Source: Octopus vulgaris (Eukaryota). Taken from it: 64,000 bases of DNA. The notes below the pieces were generated by a model that ran no database searches, had not been told where the DNA came from, and saw only the letters and a list, made by a program, of their open reading frames with translations. Location: contig OX597824.1 of the NCBI GenBank assembly GCA_951406725.2, forward strand, positions 71,424,001 to 71,488,000, given 5' to 3'. The stretch's first letter is position 1; every line of letters begins with the position of its first letter. This document shows, piece by piece, positions 26,260 through 38,835 of the stretch. Made by a program: the position numbers and the translations under genes.

Positions 26260-26545
26260 TCAACGAGGGTTCTAGTTGATCTGATCAACGGATCAGCCTG
26301 CTCATGAAATTAACTCCACAGATACACATACCCTTAACATAGTTCTCAAGGAAATTCAGTGTCACACAGAATGTGACAAAGCTGACCCTTTGAATTACAG
26401 GTACAACTCATTTTTGCCAGCTGAGTGAACTGGAGCAATATGAAATAAAGTGTCTTGCACAAGGACACAGCGTGCCACCAGGAATCAAACACATGACCTT
26501 ACGATCATGAGCTTATTACCCTACCACTAAGCTACATACCTTCAC
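26260..26545 (-). mobile_element. tRNA-derived CORE-like SINE (representative)
   Basis: The - strand begins gtagcttagtggtagg...gtttgattcctgg...tgtgtccttgtgcaagacactttatt. Related pieces at ~2545, 33840, 48300, 54460 and 63700. Confidence 0.7.
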
Positions 26546-27583
26546 ATATATATGTATATTAGACACACATACACACTTTAATGCATTTTAATACAGTTAG
26601 TTTGTGTTACTAAACATAATATCATTTGAAAGAACGTTTTATTCACTTCTATCTGAAGTAAAAAAAATTAAGCCTATCTCATTCACAATATTGTCACCCT
26701 TTTCATGAAGACCAAATGAAAGAAGTGTATTGTTTGTTTATATATAATATGCAGTTATATAATCAAATATTGTTACATGCAAAATGAAAGTGATGCAAAG
26801 CAAGCCGATATGTAGATATTTAATAGTAATGTAATCTTAGTATTATTTATGCTGAAAAGAAAAATGCTAGAAGTATATTTACTGTTGTTGAAGTAATGAT
26901 ATATTAATTTCTTAATAGAACTCTGGCAAAGCATGCAACAGTTGAAAATGTAAAAGTTAAAACAGTCAGCTATAAAACGAAATATTGAAAAATCAGTTGT
27001 TAACAGAATGTGCATTGAATATTGCTTTCAAGTTTTGGCACAAGGCAGCAATTTGGGGGGAGAGTAAGGTTGATTAGATTGACCCCCCCCCCCCCCCCAG
27101 TGCTCAACTGGCACTTATATTATCAATCCTCTAAAGAACGAAAAGCAAAGTCAGCACTGGTGGAATTTGAACTTAGAACATAGAGACAAAATGCTGCTGA
27201 GCATTTTGTCCGGCATGCTAACAATTCTGCCAGCTTGCTGCCTCACATGCATTTAACATTAAAAAGTATTGTTGATTAAAATGTTTTATAACTGGTACAC
27301 AGAAAAAAATTGCCTGTGCACAAGGTTTGCAAGATGAAATAGAATTTTTCGAATTGAAGAAATTTGAGCAATTATTACTCACATGGAAGTGTACATAATT
27401 TGTACACAAGCAAATTTCTGTATACATCCATATCAAAAACTTAGTGGGAACATTGCATTTTACCTATGCTAGCATGGAAAAATAAATGTTAAATGAATGA
27501 AGAAATGTATATTTATTATACTTGTATATGTAATATGTGTATGCATTATACATATATATGTAAGCTTTATATGTGTATACATG

Positions 27584-27618
<35 letters not shown>

Positions 27619-27726
27619 ACTGTGTGAAACCTTGGGTCAGTGTCTTCTGCTATAGCCCAAGGACAGCCAAAGCTTTGTGAGTGGCTCTGGTAGACAGAAA
27701 TTCTGTGTGTGTGTTTATATATTTTC

Positions 27727-27763
<37 letters not shown>

Positions 27764-28065
27764 TGTGTGTGTGTGTCTGTGTCACTATCTCCTTGTTTTC
27801 ATATTGTGTGATGGTTGTAATTGAATGTCATCATCATTCAGTGTCCTTCATTCCCAGTATTCCATTTTTAAGATGTACTAGTCTCCATATTCTTTGAAAT
27901 TGTTTTGGATATACACTCCTGAAAATATTCATAATTCTATGGAGCGAACCCAGATTTACCCATTAAAAGAATTACAGTGGGATTGCTCACCCTTGATGCT
28001 TCTTACTTGATGTGGTTAGCTAGAACCTAGGCTATGCCCAGATAATTTATCCCTGTATACTTATC

Positions 28066-28099
<34 letters not shown>

Positions 28100-28103
<4 letters not shown>

Positions 28104-29140
28104 GCTACTGGAATTCTGTGATGCATGTAACCTTTTAATCTGCAACACTAACTTCAGGAAACCAGACAGCCACCTTATAACCTATCAATCAGGGGACTCT
28201 GCTAGCCAGATTGATTTCATCCTCACCAGACAGCAGGACGCAGGGTTACTCTTAAATACAAAGACCCTCTTGGGTGAAGAATGTACCCCCAGCATAGGCT
28301 AGTCATTAGTGACTTTAGGCTTGAGGCCAGAAGGATACCAAGAAGCAGACCAATCTAGAAAAGAAGGATTTGGACGCTAAAAAACCCTTCACATGGTCAG
28401 AGATTTAGGGACATCCTCATCAAGAAATTTGCTCCCTAGTAGATGAAGCAATTAAGGGTATGAAGCCAGGAAAAGCCCCCAGTCCATCAGGAATCACTGC
28501 TGAGATGCTTAAAACATCTGGTGGTGTGGGCTATGGTCTAGTCACCCGCATTGTAAACCAGGTAGTTCATAATGGAGTCATACCCAATGACTGGCGTATC
28601 AGCACCATAGTCAACTGCTACAAGGGTAAAGGTGATGCTCTAGATTGAAATAACTACAGGGGTATCAAACTGCTGGATCAGGTGATGAAGGTCACAGAGA
28701 GGGTCATAGCTCATCTCATTAGGGAGAGAGTCTGCAGTTTGGTTTTGTTTTGGTTAGAAGCACCATTGATGCTATATTACTGGTTCAACAACTGCAGGGG
28801 AAATACATAGCTAAAGATAAACCCCTCTACTTAGCTTTCGTGAACTTGGAGAAAGCCTTTGACGTGGTCCCCCGATCCCTTATCTGGTGGGCAGTGCGGA
28901 AACTGGAGATTGACGAATGATTAATAAGGGCTGTACAGGCCCTATACAGAGACTGGAGGTTAGGATTGGCAACAAATATAGTGAAGAATTCCGGGTAAAA
29001 GTAGGGGTCCACCAAGGTTCATCCCTCAGTTCCCTTTTATTCATCATAGTCCTCCAGGCAATAACAGAGGAATTCAAGACGGGTTGCCGCTGGGTTTTCC
29101 TCTATGCCGATGACCTGGCCCTCATAGCTAGGTCACTACT
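28100..29140 (+). mobile_element. RTE-clade LINE fragment (endonuclease end, internal deletion, RT up to YADD), same family as 13451-14765
   Basis: LLEFCDACNL-ICNTNF...SQIDFIL, GKAPSPSGITAEMLK, VGVHQGSSLS...LYADDLALIA, with stops and frameshifts. Confidence 0.92.
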
Positions 29141-29723
29141 TTGAGGGGTTTTATTCAAATAAATCAATCTGTTTTACTGAACTTTTATGAGGATGTAAAC
29201 AAACCAACACTTGTGAAGTGGGGCAGAACAAACACTAACATTAGCACACACACGCACACACACCATTCATGTCTCTAATACCTTAATCACCCATTTATCA
29301 TAGATTCCTATTGTCTCTTACTACTTATCTCTCTAACATTTCTTCTTTCTGAAGAGACAGAATCACATCAAAACACCTGTACTTCAGAGTCCCTCATGTC
29401 ACTGAATAGTATGTCATCTAAAGAGAGATGTTTTTCAAACAAAAAAATGATAGTGAGAAGCCATCACATATATACATACACACACAAGGTTTTGAATTGG
29501 CAGTTATCAAGGTCTCTGATTAAAGGTTTTATACTATTTGTGCAGCCCTCTGTGCTCTGGGCTGAAATTCTACCAAGCTCAGTTGCCTTTCATTATTTCA
29601 AGGTCAATAAATGAACTACTAATCAATTACTGGTGTCAGTTCTTACTCCCTCCTTCCTCTCCCCTCTCTCTCTCTAACAAATCAACTATTATTAGACCTA
29701 GGGAGCAATAGCCTCCACCAGGT

Positions 29724-30170
29724 TTAACTCTTTTGATACCAACCCGGCTGAAACCATCTCTGGCTCTGTAGTACAAATGTCTTGTTTTCAAAAGTTCTGA
29801 ATTAAAGGCTTCCACCAAACCTTAGTCACAATTTATGTTTCTAACACTCGCTCAATGATAACTAAGTTATTTTATTAGATTCTTTGTTATATTTAAAATT
29901 AATTGGAAATATAACAGCATCTCAACAGAAATATGGTAACAAGACAGTTAACCTTTTAGCATTTAAACCAGCTCTATCTGACCAAAATATTCCACCTGTT
30001 CTCTGTTCAAGGCAGCCAGATCTGGTCTCTTACATCTATCTTGCAATGTCAATCTAAAGATAAACAATCACATCATCAAAATCTCACAGCTCTGAGATGA
30101 TGCATGAGACAAAACAATTTAATAAATAAGCATTATGTTTAACAAAATAATTTGAATACTGAAGGGTTAA
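29724..30170. mobile_element. Two abutting TTAA-flanked (piggyBac-like) MITEs sharing the TTAA at 29948-29951
   Basis: TTAActcttttgatacc...ggtaacaagacagTTAAccttttagcattt...aatactgaagggTTAA. The first family recurs at 23389-23778 (SINE-interrupted) and ~24677-24897. Confidence 0.7.
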
Positions 30171-30949
30171 ATGCTCAATATGTGCTGTATTTTATGATTG
30201 TGTGTCAAAGCTCTATTAGTATTTGAGAGCCGAAGGCAAAGCAATGAATTTGTGTGTGTATGCATGTATATATCTATATATACTTACATGTCGGAACACG
30301 TGTGTGTGAATGTGCATATACTCATACATATATGTATATATATTTTCATGCTTACATGAATAAATATGTCTTTCTCTGTATATGTGTGTGTGTGTGTGTG
30401 TATATATATATAGTGTGCCTTTGGTAATGGACATAATTCATTTCAGAACCTCATTTGTTACCTCAAAATTTTGTTAGCAGATTAATTTAAGTATGTATAA
30501 TTAGGGATGGTTTGTTCCAAACTGTTCAGGAATAGTGAAAGTTTCCCTTCAAATTATTCTTTTGATTATTACTAAAACACAAATTATCATTAAAAATCAG
30601 TGCATATAATAAAACTGATGTAATATTATATATTTCAATCCATATGATATGTCAATGAAGGGAATTGATTCAACATCACTTTCTTGCATCCAAATCACCA
30701 TCTAATGTCCCTTTTTCCTTGCTGTTATGGGATGGACAGTTCGATATGACCTGATGAGCCAGAGGGCTGTACCAGGCTCTTGTGTCCACAAGACTTGGTT
30801 TCTACAGCTATTTGCTTTTCCTAATAACAATCATTTCACAAAGTATGCTAGGTGCTTTTTTTTTTCATGGTATCAACATAGGTGGAGTATAGTATAAAGG
30901 GATATGAAAACATGCAAGTTAAAAATATAAAGAAATTATATATTATATG

Positions 30950-31360
30950 CACAGGTGTGGCAGTGTGATAAGAAGCTTGCTTCCCAACTACATGGTTCTG
31001 GATTCAGTTCCATTGCATGGCACCTTGGGCAAACGTTTTCGACTATAGTCTTGGACTGACTAAAGCCATGTGAGAGGATTGGGTAGATGGAAACTAAAAG
31101 AAACTCCGTCATATACATGCATAAATACATACATGTCTTGTGTGTCTGTATGTGTCTGTGTTTGCCCCCCCACCACTGCTTGACAACCAGTATTGGTGTG
31201 TTTATATCCCTATAACTTGGCAGTTCAGTAAAAGAGACCAATAGAATAAGCACTGGGCTTAAGAAAGAAAGAAGTACTGGGACTGATTCATTCGACTAAA
31301 AATTCTTCGAGTTGGTGCCCCAGCATGGTTGTTGTCTAATGACTGAAAAAAGTAAAAGAA
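30950..31360 (+). mobile_element. Composite tRNA-derived SINE with internal (TG)n (representative)
   Basis: tRNA-like head, ggcaccttgggcaa box, ggtagatggaaact. Inverted copies at 22025-22385 and 34250-34570, partial copies at ~27615, 50800, 58130 and 59775. Confidence 0.75.
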
Positions 31361-31569
31361 AAATCACACAATTTGCGAGTGGCTGGCTGTTTATCCAAAG
31401 TGAGGGACAACAGGAAAGGAAGAAAGATTAGTAATCTCTAAGTGTTTTTAGCAAAACAATTTTGTTCTGCATGAGAATCATCTGGGGTTTCTCTTATTGA
31501 AAATGAAACAACAGAAGTAGAAGGTTTTGGGGGATTTTTGTTTTAAAGAAAGTATTCAGGGTGGATTGT

Positions 31570-32720
31570 TATAGTCTATTCTTCTGGTCAATCCAACAGT
31601 ACTGCAACATAGTTCACACCTGACTAAACTTCCTTTGAGAGGGAGTAATATGTTCTCACAGTGTCTGCGAGCTGACACCAAAGAAAAATTCCTTCTTCAG
31701 CTTGCCTCTTGAGATGGTTCTTTCCCATTTTGATTGTCTTCCTTAGAGCTCAATCCTTGTTGCAAGCTTGCTCCATGACTTTTTTTAAAACACAGAGCAT
31801 TTGCAATGGTGAAGTGGTTTTCCCAAAACTCTTTTAGTGTAATATCAATGGATAAAGTCACTTCAAAACAGGTCTTGAGTAGATGCTTTGTGTATAAGAT
31901 TTTAAAGCATGCAATCCTTTGCTGATCCAGGGTCTATAGCAGACGAATGGTATCAATAGACAGAAAATGGATTTTGATAAAATTACACTCCTGTATGATT
32001 TGGTCCAAGAGGTTGGGAGAGTATACTGGAACAGTAGTCATAGTAAAAGCCTTAATGAATGATTTGCTTCTTTGATGTCACATACAGTGGGAGCAACACA
32101 TCAATGAATCACACAGAAAACAGATTTCTTGTTTAGACCCTTTGAGTTGGTAGTATGCTGAACATCAGTTCCATTCTTGTTAATATTCTTCAAGGCTCTG
32201 GGGTTTTCTGAATTTTACACTAGGAGTAGCCTAACGTTCAAACTTGGAGTCCCTTGAAGCATTTATGCAAAGTAATGTTAACCTTATCTTTCACCAGTTT
32301 ATGTTGAGATAACCTGGTCTCCTGTGTGATGTATGTTGTCTTTGGCATAGTTATAAATCTGTTGAGAACACAAATTACTCTCCTTCACAAGTTTACAAAA
32401 TTCAGTACAATCTGTTTCTGCAGTAACTGAGTCTGATCTGGCAGCTTCAACATGCCTGTACTTCTCAGCGTTGTGAACACTGAAATGTTTTTGAATGATT
32501 TGAACCAACCTTTGCTGGCTTTAAACTCCACTAGTTTCCCAAGATTGGTAATAGGAGCATCTCCTTCAAGTTGTTCAAAAATTGCTTAGCTTTTGCACAA
32601 ATAAATGATCCATTCACTGAATTGTTTTTCTTTTATTCATGTTAATTATACAGTTTTCATTTCATCCATGTATGAGGCACAAGTATTATTAAGCTTTCAT
32701 ATAACTTTGTCACCATCGCA
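31570..32720 (-). mobile_element. Decayed Tigger/pogo (TIGD-like) transposase
   Basis: Fragments FKASKGWFKSFK (CENP-B HTH), QQIYN, KDKVxxLLCINA, SENPRALKN, LDQQxIACFK and TLKEFW, broken by stops and frameshifts. Confidence 0.85.
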
Positions 32721-32808
32721 CTCTTTAGCTTAGCATGCATATATATATATATGTAGAGAGAGAGAGAAAGAGTAGGTGTGTGTATGTATATATATATATA
32801 TATGTATA

Positions 32809-32843
<35 letters not shown>

Positions 32844-33456
32844 GATGAGCCATCAAAAGTACAAATATGCAAATTAGGCTATTAAAAATGTACTAGCCTA
32901 ATTTACAATTATTTTATACAGTAGTTGATGTGTGCTTTGATTGAGGGAAGAAGCTAGAATGTTTTCTGAAAGCTGTCAGCAAACTGCAAACTAGTACATC
33001 AACAGACAATCTCTTTCTATTTTTTCTGCACACCAGAGGCATAGAAAGAATGTGCTTACGTTCTTAGTTCACTCACAGTAAGGCTTTGTAATATTAAAGT
33101 TTATTTCAGTTCTTCTGATTTATGTTGTTGTGCATTATATATATAGATGTCTATACATGTGTACATATATGTTTATATATGCTTATATATGTCTACATCT
33201 GTGTATGTATGTGTGTGCGTGTGCCAACACACAAACATGTGTGTCTGTATGTTCAAAATTGGTATTGGGTGTTGCATGTGGAACTGCTTTGAAAGAAGAA
33301 TGCAATTGACTTAATTAATTTTATATAATGACTAATTTACTTGGTGAATTGCTTTTATTCATGAAGACTGAACAAAGCTACTACAGTTAACTTCTCAGAC
33401 ACATACACACACGAACATAGTATGTAATAGCCAAAACACTGGTGTTTGTACCTCAG

Positions 33457-33512
33457 GCTTGGCCTGATGGGTTAGGTTTCTGACGAAAGGCATTGAACTT
33501 TGTCTATAAAGC
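33457..33512 (+). ncRNA. Degenerate full type I hammerhead-like fold (A9G, imperfect stem I)
   Basis: CUGAUGG-GUUAG(GUUU)CUGAC-GAA-AGGCA(UUGAACUU)UGUCU-A. Stems II and III pair fully, and GCUU/AAGC remains of stem I. Confidence 0.5.
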
Positions 33513-36221
33513 TCCACTTTTTACTTTTTATTTCCAAACAGTTTGTATTCCTATGGAGATTTGGGAGCCAGTCAAGACTCTCTCATTAGCTGTAGTTTGT
33601 GTATATGTGTCTGTATGTAGACATGTGTATATTTTTATATTTGGCTTTACAACTAAGTAGATATATATAGAGTCTATTTTGCATGGTAGGTTCTTATTGG
33701 TTTGTACCACAAAAGCTGTTTATACTTAGGAATGTGCGTATATATAGTGTATGTATCATCATCATTTAACGTCCATTTGCCATGCGGGCATGGGTTGGAC
33801 AAACTCATGTTGGTAACTCCAGGCATATATCCATATATGTGTAGTGGTATGTATGCATTCTAGTGGTTAGTATGTTCAGCTAATAATAATGGGCCATAAT
33901 TTTGAATCCTGGACTGGATGTTGCATGAAGTCCTTGAGCAAGTTGCTTCATTTCACATCCCCTCTAATCGGTTGAAAGTGAGTGCCAGCCTGTTATTGGT
34001 GCAGCCTTGTCACATCATTCATGTCCGGCTTTGTCAAGGAGTGGGAGGGCTGAGAGAATGTCTATGTTTGCTCAAGACTATATAGTTACCTAAATCTATT
34101 ACAGAAAGCATATGTACTACCCAATCATATTTAGCTTGTGAGTGATAACTGTATATCTTGTGTGTGTGTGTGTATGTATATATGTGTGTAATGTGTGTAT
34201 ATACGTATGTATATATGTGTTTATATTAGGTTTGTGTATAATGTCTTCTATCTTTTACTTGTTTCAGTCATTAGACTGCAACCATGTTGAGGTACTGTCT
34301 TGGAGAAATTCTTTTAGTCAAATGGATTGACCCCCTAGTACTTATTTTTTTTGAGGCCTGGTACTTATTCTATAAATCTCTTTTGCCAAACTGGTAAGTT
34401 ACAAGGACGTAAACACACCAGCACTTGTCAAGCAGTGGTTGGGGACAAACATGGACACAAAAACACATACATACTCACATATATGACAGGTTTCATTCAG
34501 TTTCCATCTACCAAGACTGAACTCGAAACCTTGTGAATGGGGAGCAAGTTTCTTACCCCACAGCCACACACTCATGTTTATGTATGTATATAAGTATAAT
34601 ACATCGATGATAGATACATGTGTGTGTGTATTGATGTAAGTGTTATGAAGTTCATTTTGCTGTCTCGCTGTCTTAGGTTTTAGCTATGTGTCCTCTTACT
34701 ACATCATCTTGGTTTGACAGAAATAGTATCAAAGCTGATCATATTGATTCTATCTATAATTTAAAGTAACAGCTTTGTTTAAGCATTCTACCTCTGGTTC
34801 TACCCGAAGATTACAAAAGGGTATAATGTGTTGGGTTACTCAGCCATTTGCATATACACACACATGTACAAGATTTTTGCTGTGAAACTGAGTATTGAAG
34901 ATGATGCTGTACACTGGGAGGGTCATTTTGCCATTATAAACACATGCGCAGGTTGTTTTTCCTTTTATTTCATTGTTTTCAGTGAAACTAGTAATGTTAC
35001 TAATCAGCTGCTTCATCGATCATTTGATGGATTAACTGGTTGTTTTGCCAGAGTCAATTGGTCACAGTCTGCGACTGTATTGAAATATTTCACATGCTTA
35101 TCTAAATTCATTCACACACACATCATCCAGTCTTTTACCACAAAATCCCACCATGTATATGTATGAATGTGTATGTTTCTCTGTGTGTGTGTTTGCTTGA
35201 GTGTGCGTATATATATGCATGAAGGAATTTATGTACCATAAGATAAATATTTCTATAGAAACAATTGACAGTATCAAAGGTTCAACATCATTGAACAACA
35301 AACTGCCAAGCACTGACATAGATGAATAAACAACACACACACACACACAGCAGAAATATCAAATATAAATGCAAAAGAAAAATAAAGTGAAATTAGTTTG
35401 TGACATAAGAGCAGATGACGGTATGTCATTGACAAGATCGCAGTCTGCAATGAAAGGGCTCTGACAGATCATCTGATGGATTGATGAAATCGTGGAACAG
35501 CAAATGATTATCTAATTTGTCAACTAGTCGATTGATAATAATTAAAAGAAGTGAAATACATGTGCATGTATTTCCTGTTATTTATTTATTTATTTTTTTG
35601 CAAAATGATCATCTCAAGATGCAATGTATGTACACACACATCTATATATAACTATATGTACATGGTATACTTGTTGCTTGCATTTGAATGACTGTATGTA
35701 CTTTTACTTTATTTTTCACTCTCTTGATAGACTTTTCATTCAAAGAAAAGAGAAAGAGAGACGGTTTCTAACAAAGTGCTATCAAGTGATTATAAACCAA
35801 GGAATAGAATATATTGGTGCCAAATAAAAAGCACCTGGTACACTCTGTAAAATGGTTTTAAGAAGGGCATCCAACCATAGATACAGAGCCAAAGCAGGCA
35901 ATAAAGCATGACACAGTTCTCTGACTTGCCAGTTCCTGTCAAACTGTTCAGTCTATGCCAGTATGGAAACCGAACCTTTAATGATGATGGTAATATTAGT
36001 GAGGTCCAATTGGTTAGCCTCAAGCATAGACGAGGCTTCTGTAGATAACACAGGAGATGATAATTAATCAATAAAGTTTATTAATGTATCATTACAGCAA
36101 AGGATTTCTAAGTGATAGGCTGCTAGCACCTGATAAGAAAACACCGAATAATTATGTAAAACCTGTTAGGTGCACCTCTTTGAAACATATGTAGTACGTA
36201 ACTTTTCATATATAAATCCAT

Positions 36222-36255
36222 TCCTTGACGAAGAGCTCCGCTCGAAACGTAAAAC
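36222..36255 (+). ncRNA. Degenerate minimal hammerhead (C3U), same family as 259-293
   Basis: UUGACGA-A-GAGC(UCC)GCUC-GAAA-CG-UA-AAAC. The downstream flank is homologous to the reverse complement of 154-258. Confidence 0.6.
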
Positions 36256-36357
36256 CCTCCTTCTTCCTTTCCTTCCTGAGCGTCCAATAATACTATATTT
36301 GTTCCACATCCTCGCGTTGTTGTGTTTTCTCTTTGTGTTTTCATGTTTGGATTAACT
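36222..36357 (+). mobile_element. Second copy of the hammerhead-bearing Penelope-like fragment
   Basis: Shares ccctccttct...cctgagcgtccaataatactatatttgttcc...tgtttggattaacta with the 154-345 copy and ends in (TA)n. Confidence 0.6.
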
Positions 36358-37130
36358 ATATATATATAATATATATTGATAGAAATGGTAAAACAACTAT
36401 ATATATATATATATATATATATTATATTACATAATCAACTTTATTAGCTTACAGTTGTTTCTGCTATAGAAGCAGTGTGCTCAGAGCTGAGTGATTGTAC
36501 ATTATCTCATAGCTTCCTTGAAGCCATTAAAATGGTTATTTCGGAAAGTATTTAAACACACACGCACAGCCTGATTACTTCAGATTATCTCACGACTTTT
36601 AACTACTGATGAATTCACATCGCTAAAGCAACTTCTACAGCGTTGCACGATCTACTTGAAAAACAGCCATATCTCCCTCACAGTAGACACAGTGTTTTAA
36701 AAGTTGGAAGTAGATCTTGTATTATGTAATCATAGATGTACTGTGTATGAAAAATTTTAAGGCGATGTTGAATCATCGTTTAACATTGATTATGAAATGA
36801 AAACCTATGAATGAAGGCAGTCAAGCCATAGCTGTTTCATACTTTATTCGTATATTTTGCCTAACGAACAATCTCGTCCTTTTATATTAAGGTGGAGAGA
36901 TGTGATATGAGGGGTATTGGGTTGCTATTTCTAGCAGGTCCTGTGACCACAGATTTACTAATTAACCCGTCTGTTACCCTCTTCCCTCCCTCCTTTTCTT
37001 TCTTCCTCTCTCTCTCCCTCCTTCATCCCTTTCTCTCTCTCTCTCTCCCTCTCTATCTCTCTCTATATATGAGGGGCTGCTTATAATGGGAGACAATATA
37101 AAGTAATATACAGCTCAACAGTAAAATATT

Positions 37131-37164
<34 letters not shown>

Positions 37165-38286
37165 GAGAGAGAGAGATAAATAAAATACATGCCAATCTAC
37201 ATATCTTATAATTATACACATATGTACGTGCGTATATAAAGGTAAGGAGATATGCGTACATGTTACACACACGTACCTACACAAACACACCAACGTGCAC
37301 ACGTCTGTTTATGTAACTATTTTATTTGAGTATCCATTGTGCTGTATTATATTACCGCTCTACCCTGTTGTGTTCCCCATAAGTAGTAACACCCTATTAT
37401 ATTTAGACACGCACCCGCGTGTGTATACGTGTTTGTATGCTCTGTGTGTGTGTGTAGCTATGTCGAATCGTGGTGATTATTCTTTTTAAGCTAGTTTTAC
37501 TGACTTTATACTGAGAGTAAAAGATTTATAAATTTTGTTAACTTGACCAGGCAGGTTGAATAAAAAGAAAAACACGAAATTTGTTTGTGTGTGTGTAAAA
37601 GCTCTGCATCGCAAACGTGGTATACTATCAAGTCTGTTATCCTCCATCCTCGTGTTATAATATTATCTTTGTATTAATCTTACGTAAAGAGGTGTTCCAG
37701 GAATATACCCGCACTGTAGGATAACTCTTAAATGCACGTTACGAGGTTTTTCACCCGAATTATACTAATTATATATATAAAAGATCCAGACAAATTAATC
37801 TTTAAACTACTCATGAATGAACTGTGGTCCACGGGATTTTCTGAACGGCACACCATCATCGAAAAATTACCTTGAAAATTCACTAATGATGGAGCGATAT
37901 CTCATGCGACCCGTTTCTTGTAAAAGGTTATCCATGCTTACTTTAGATCTTTGGTTTCAGCTCAAAGCGCTGAGCACCAGAGCAAATACCGCCAGGCATT
38001 TTATCCGATGCTCCAACGACTCTACCAACACGCCACCACATTGTTTTTTTCTGTGTGCTTATATGTGGATAGGTATACATATACACGGCTCCTCAAACCC
38101 CAAGCCAGGTGGTAGACCACTTAAGAGATGAACCTCATAGATATGTGAAGAGACAGATTTACTCCTTACAAGATGAGTGTAGAGCATCTGAAAGAAGATT
38201 TGCGGTTATTTAGCTGCCCCTAGAGTGAGGAATGTTCCAGAGAGGGCTAAGCTACGAAGATAATATACTATATAACTTTATAACCG

Positions 38287-38336
<50 letters not shown>

Positions 38337-38407
38337 GGGTGGGGGAGAATTATAGATGAAATCAGAAATAAGGGAAGCCTCTAATAATGTAGAGAGTTTT
38401 AAAAAGC

Positions 38408-38443
38408 CTTTATATTTCGGGCGCAAAGGCCCATCTTCAGAAG
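38408..38443 (-). ncRNA. Minimal hammerhead ribozyme motif, intact core
   Basis: CUU-CUGAAGA-U-GGGC(CUUUGC)GCCC-GAAA-UA-UA-AAG on the - strand. Confidence 0.72.
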
Positions 38444-38787
38444 TATACAGTTAAAGAAATGTATGTTTATATAGATCCTGCCATTTTGGATAGCCGGATG
38501 AGCAATGACCCCGTTTTAGTCCGGCGCTCGCGCTAGTAGCTGCAGTTACCAAATTCTGGTGTTTGTATGTGCGTGTGTGTGTATATATATATATATATAG
38601 CAACCGTCATGCCTCTCAATGCTGCATCATGAATGTCTCCTATTATTTATATATACCTTCCTACCTTAATACGTATGTATATACATAACAAAGCTATTAT
38701 TTTCAGCTGTTCATTCATTTTACTTCATGTATGTATGTATGCATGTTTATATTCCCTTGAGGCTGATGAGATGCATCCCAAAGTAGC

Positions 38788-38835
<48 letters not shown>

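Noticed and set aside
26470-26545. tRNA-like sequences with A/B boxes (also at 4740, 30955, 63700)
   Set aside because: They are SINE heads continuing into SINE bodies, and no complete cloverleaf was found.
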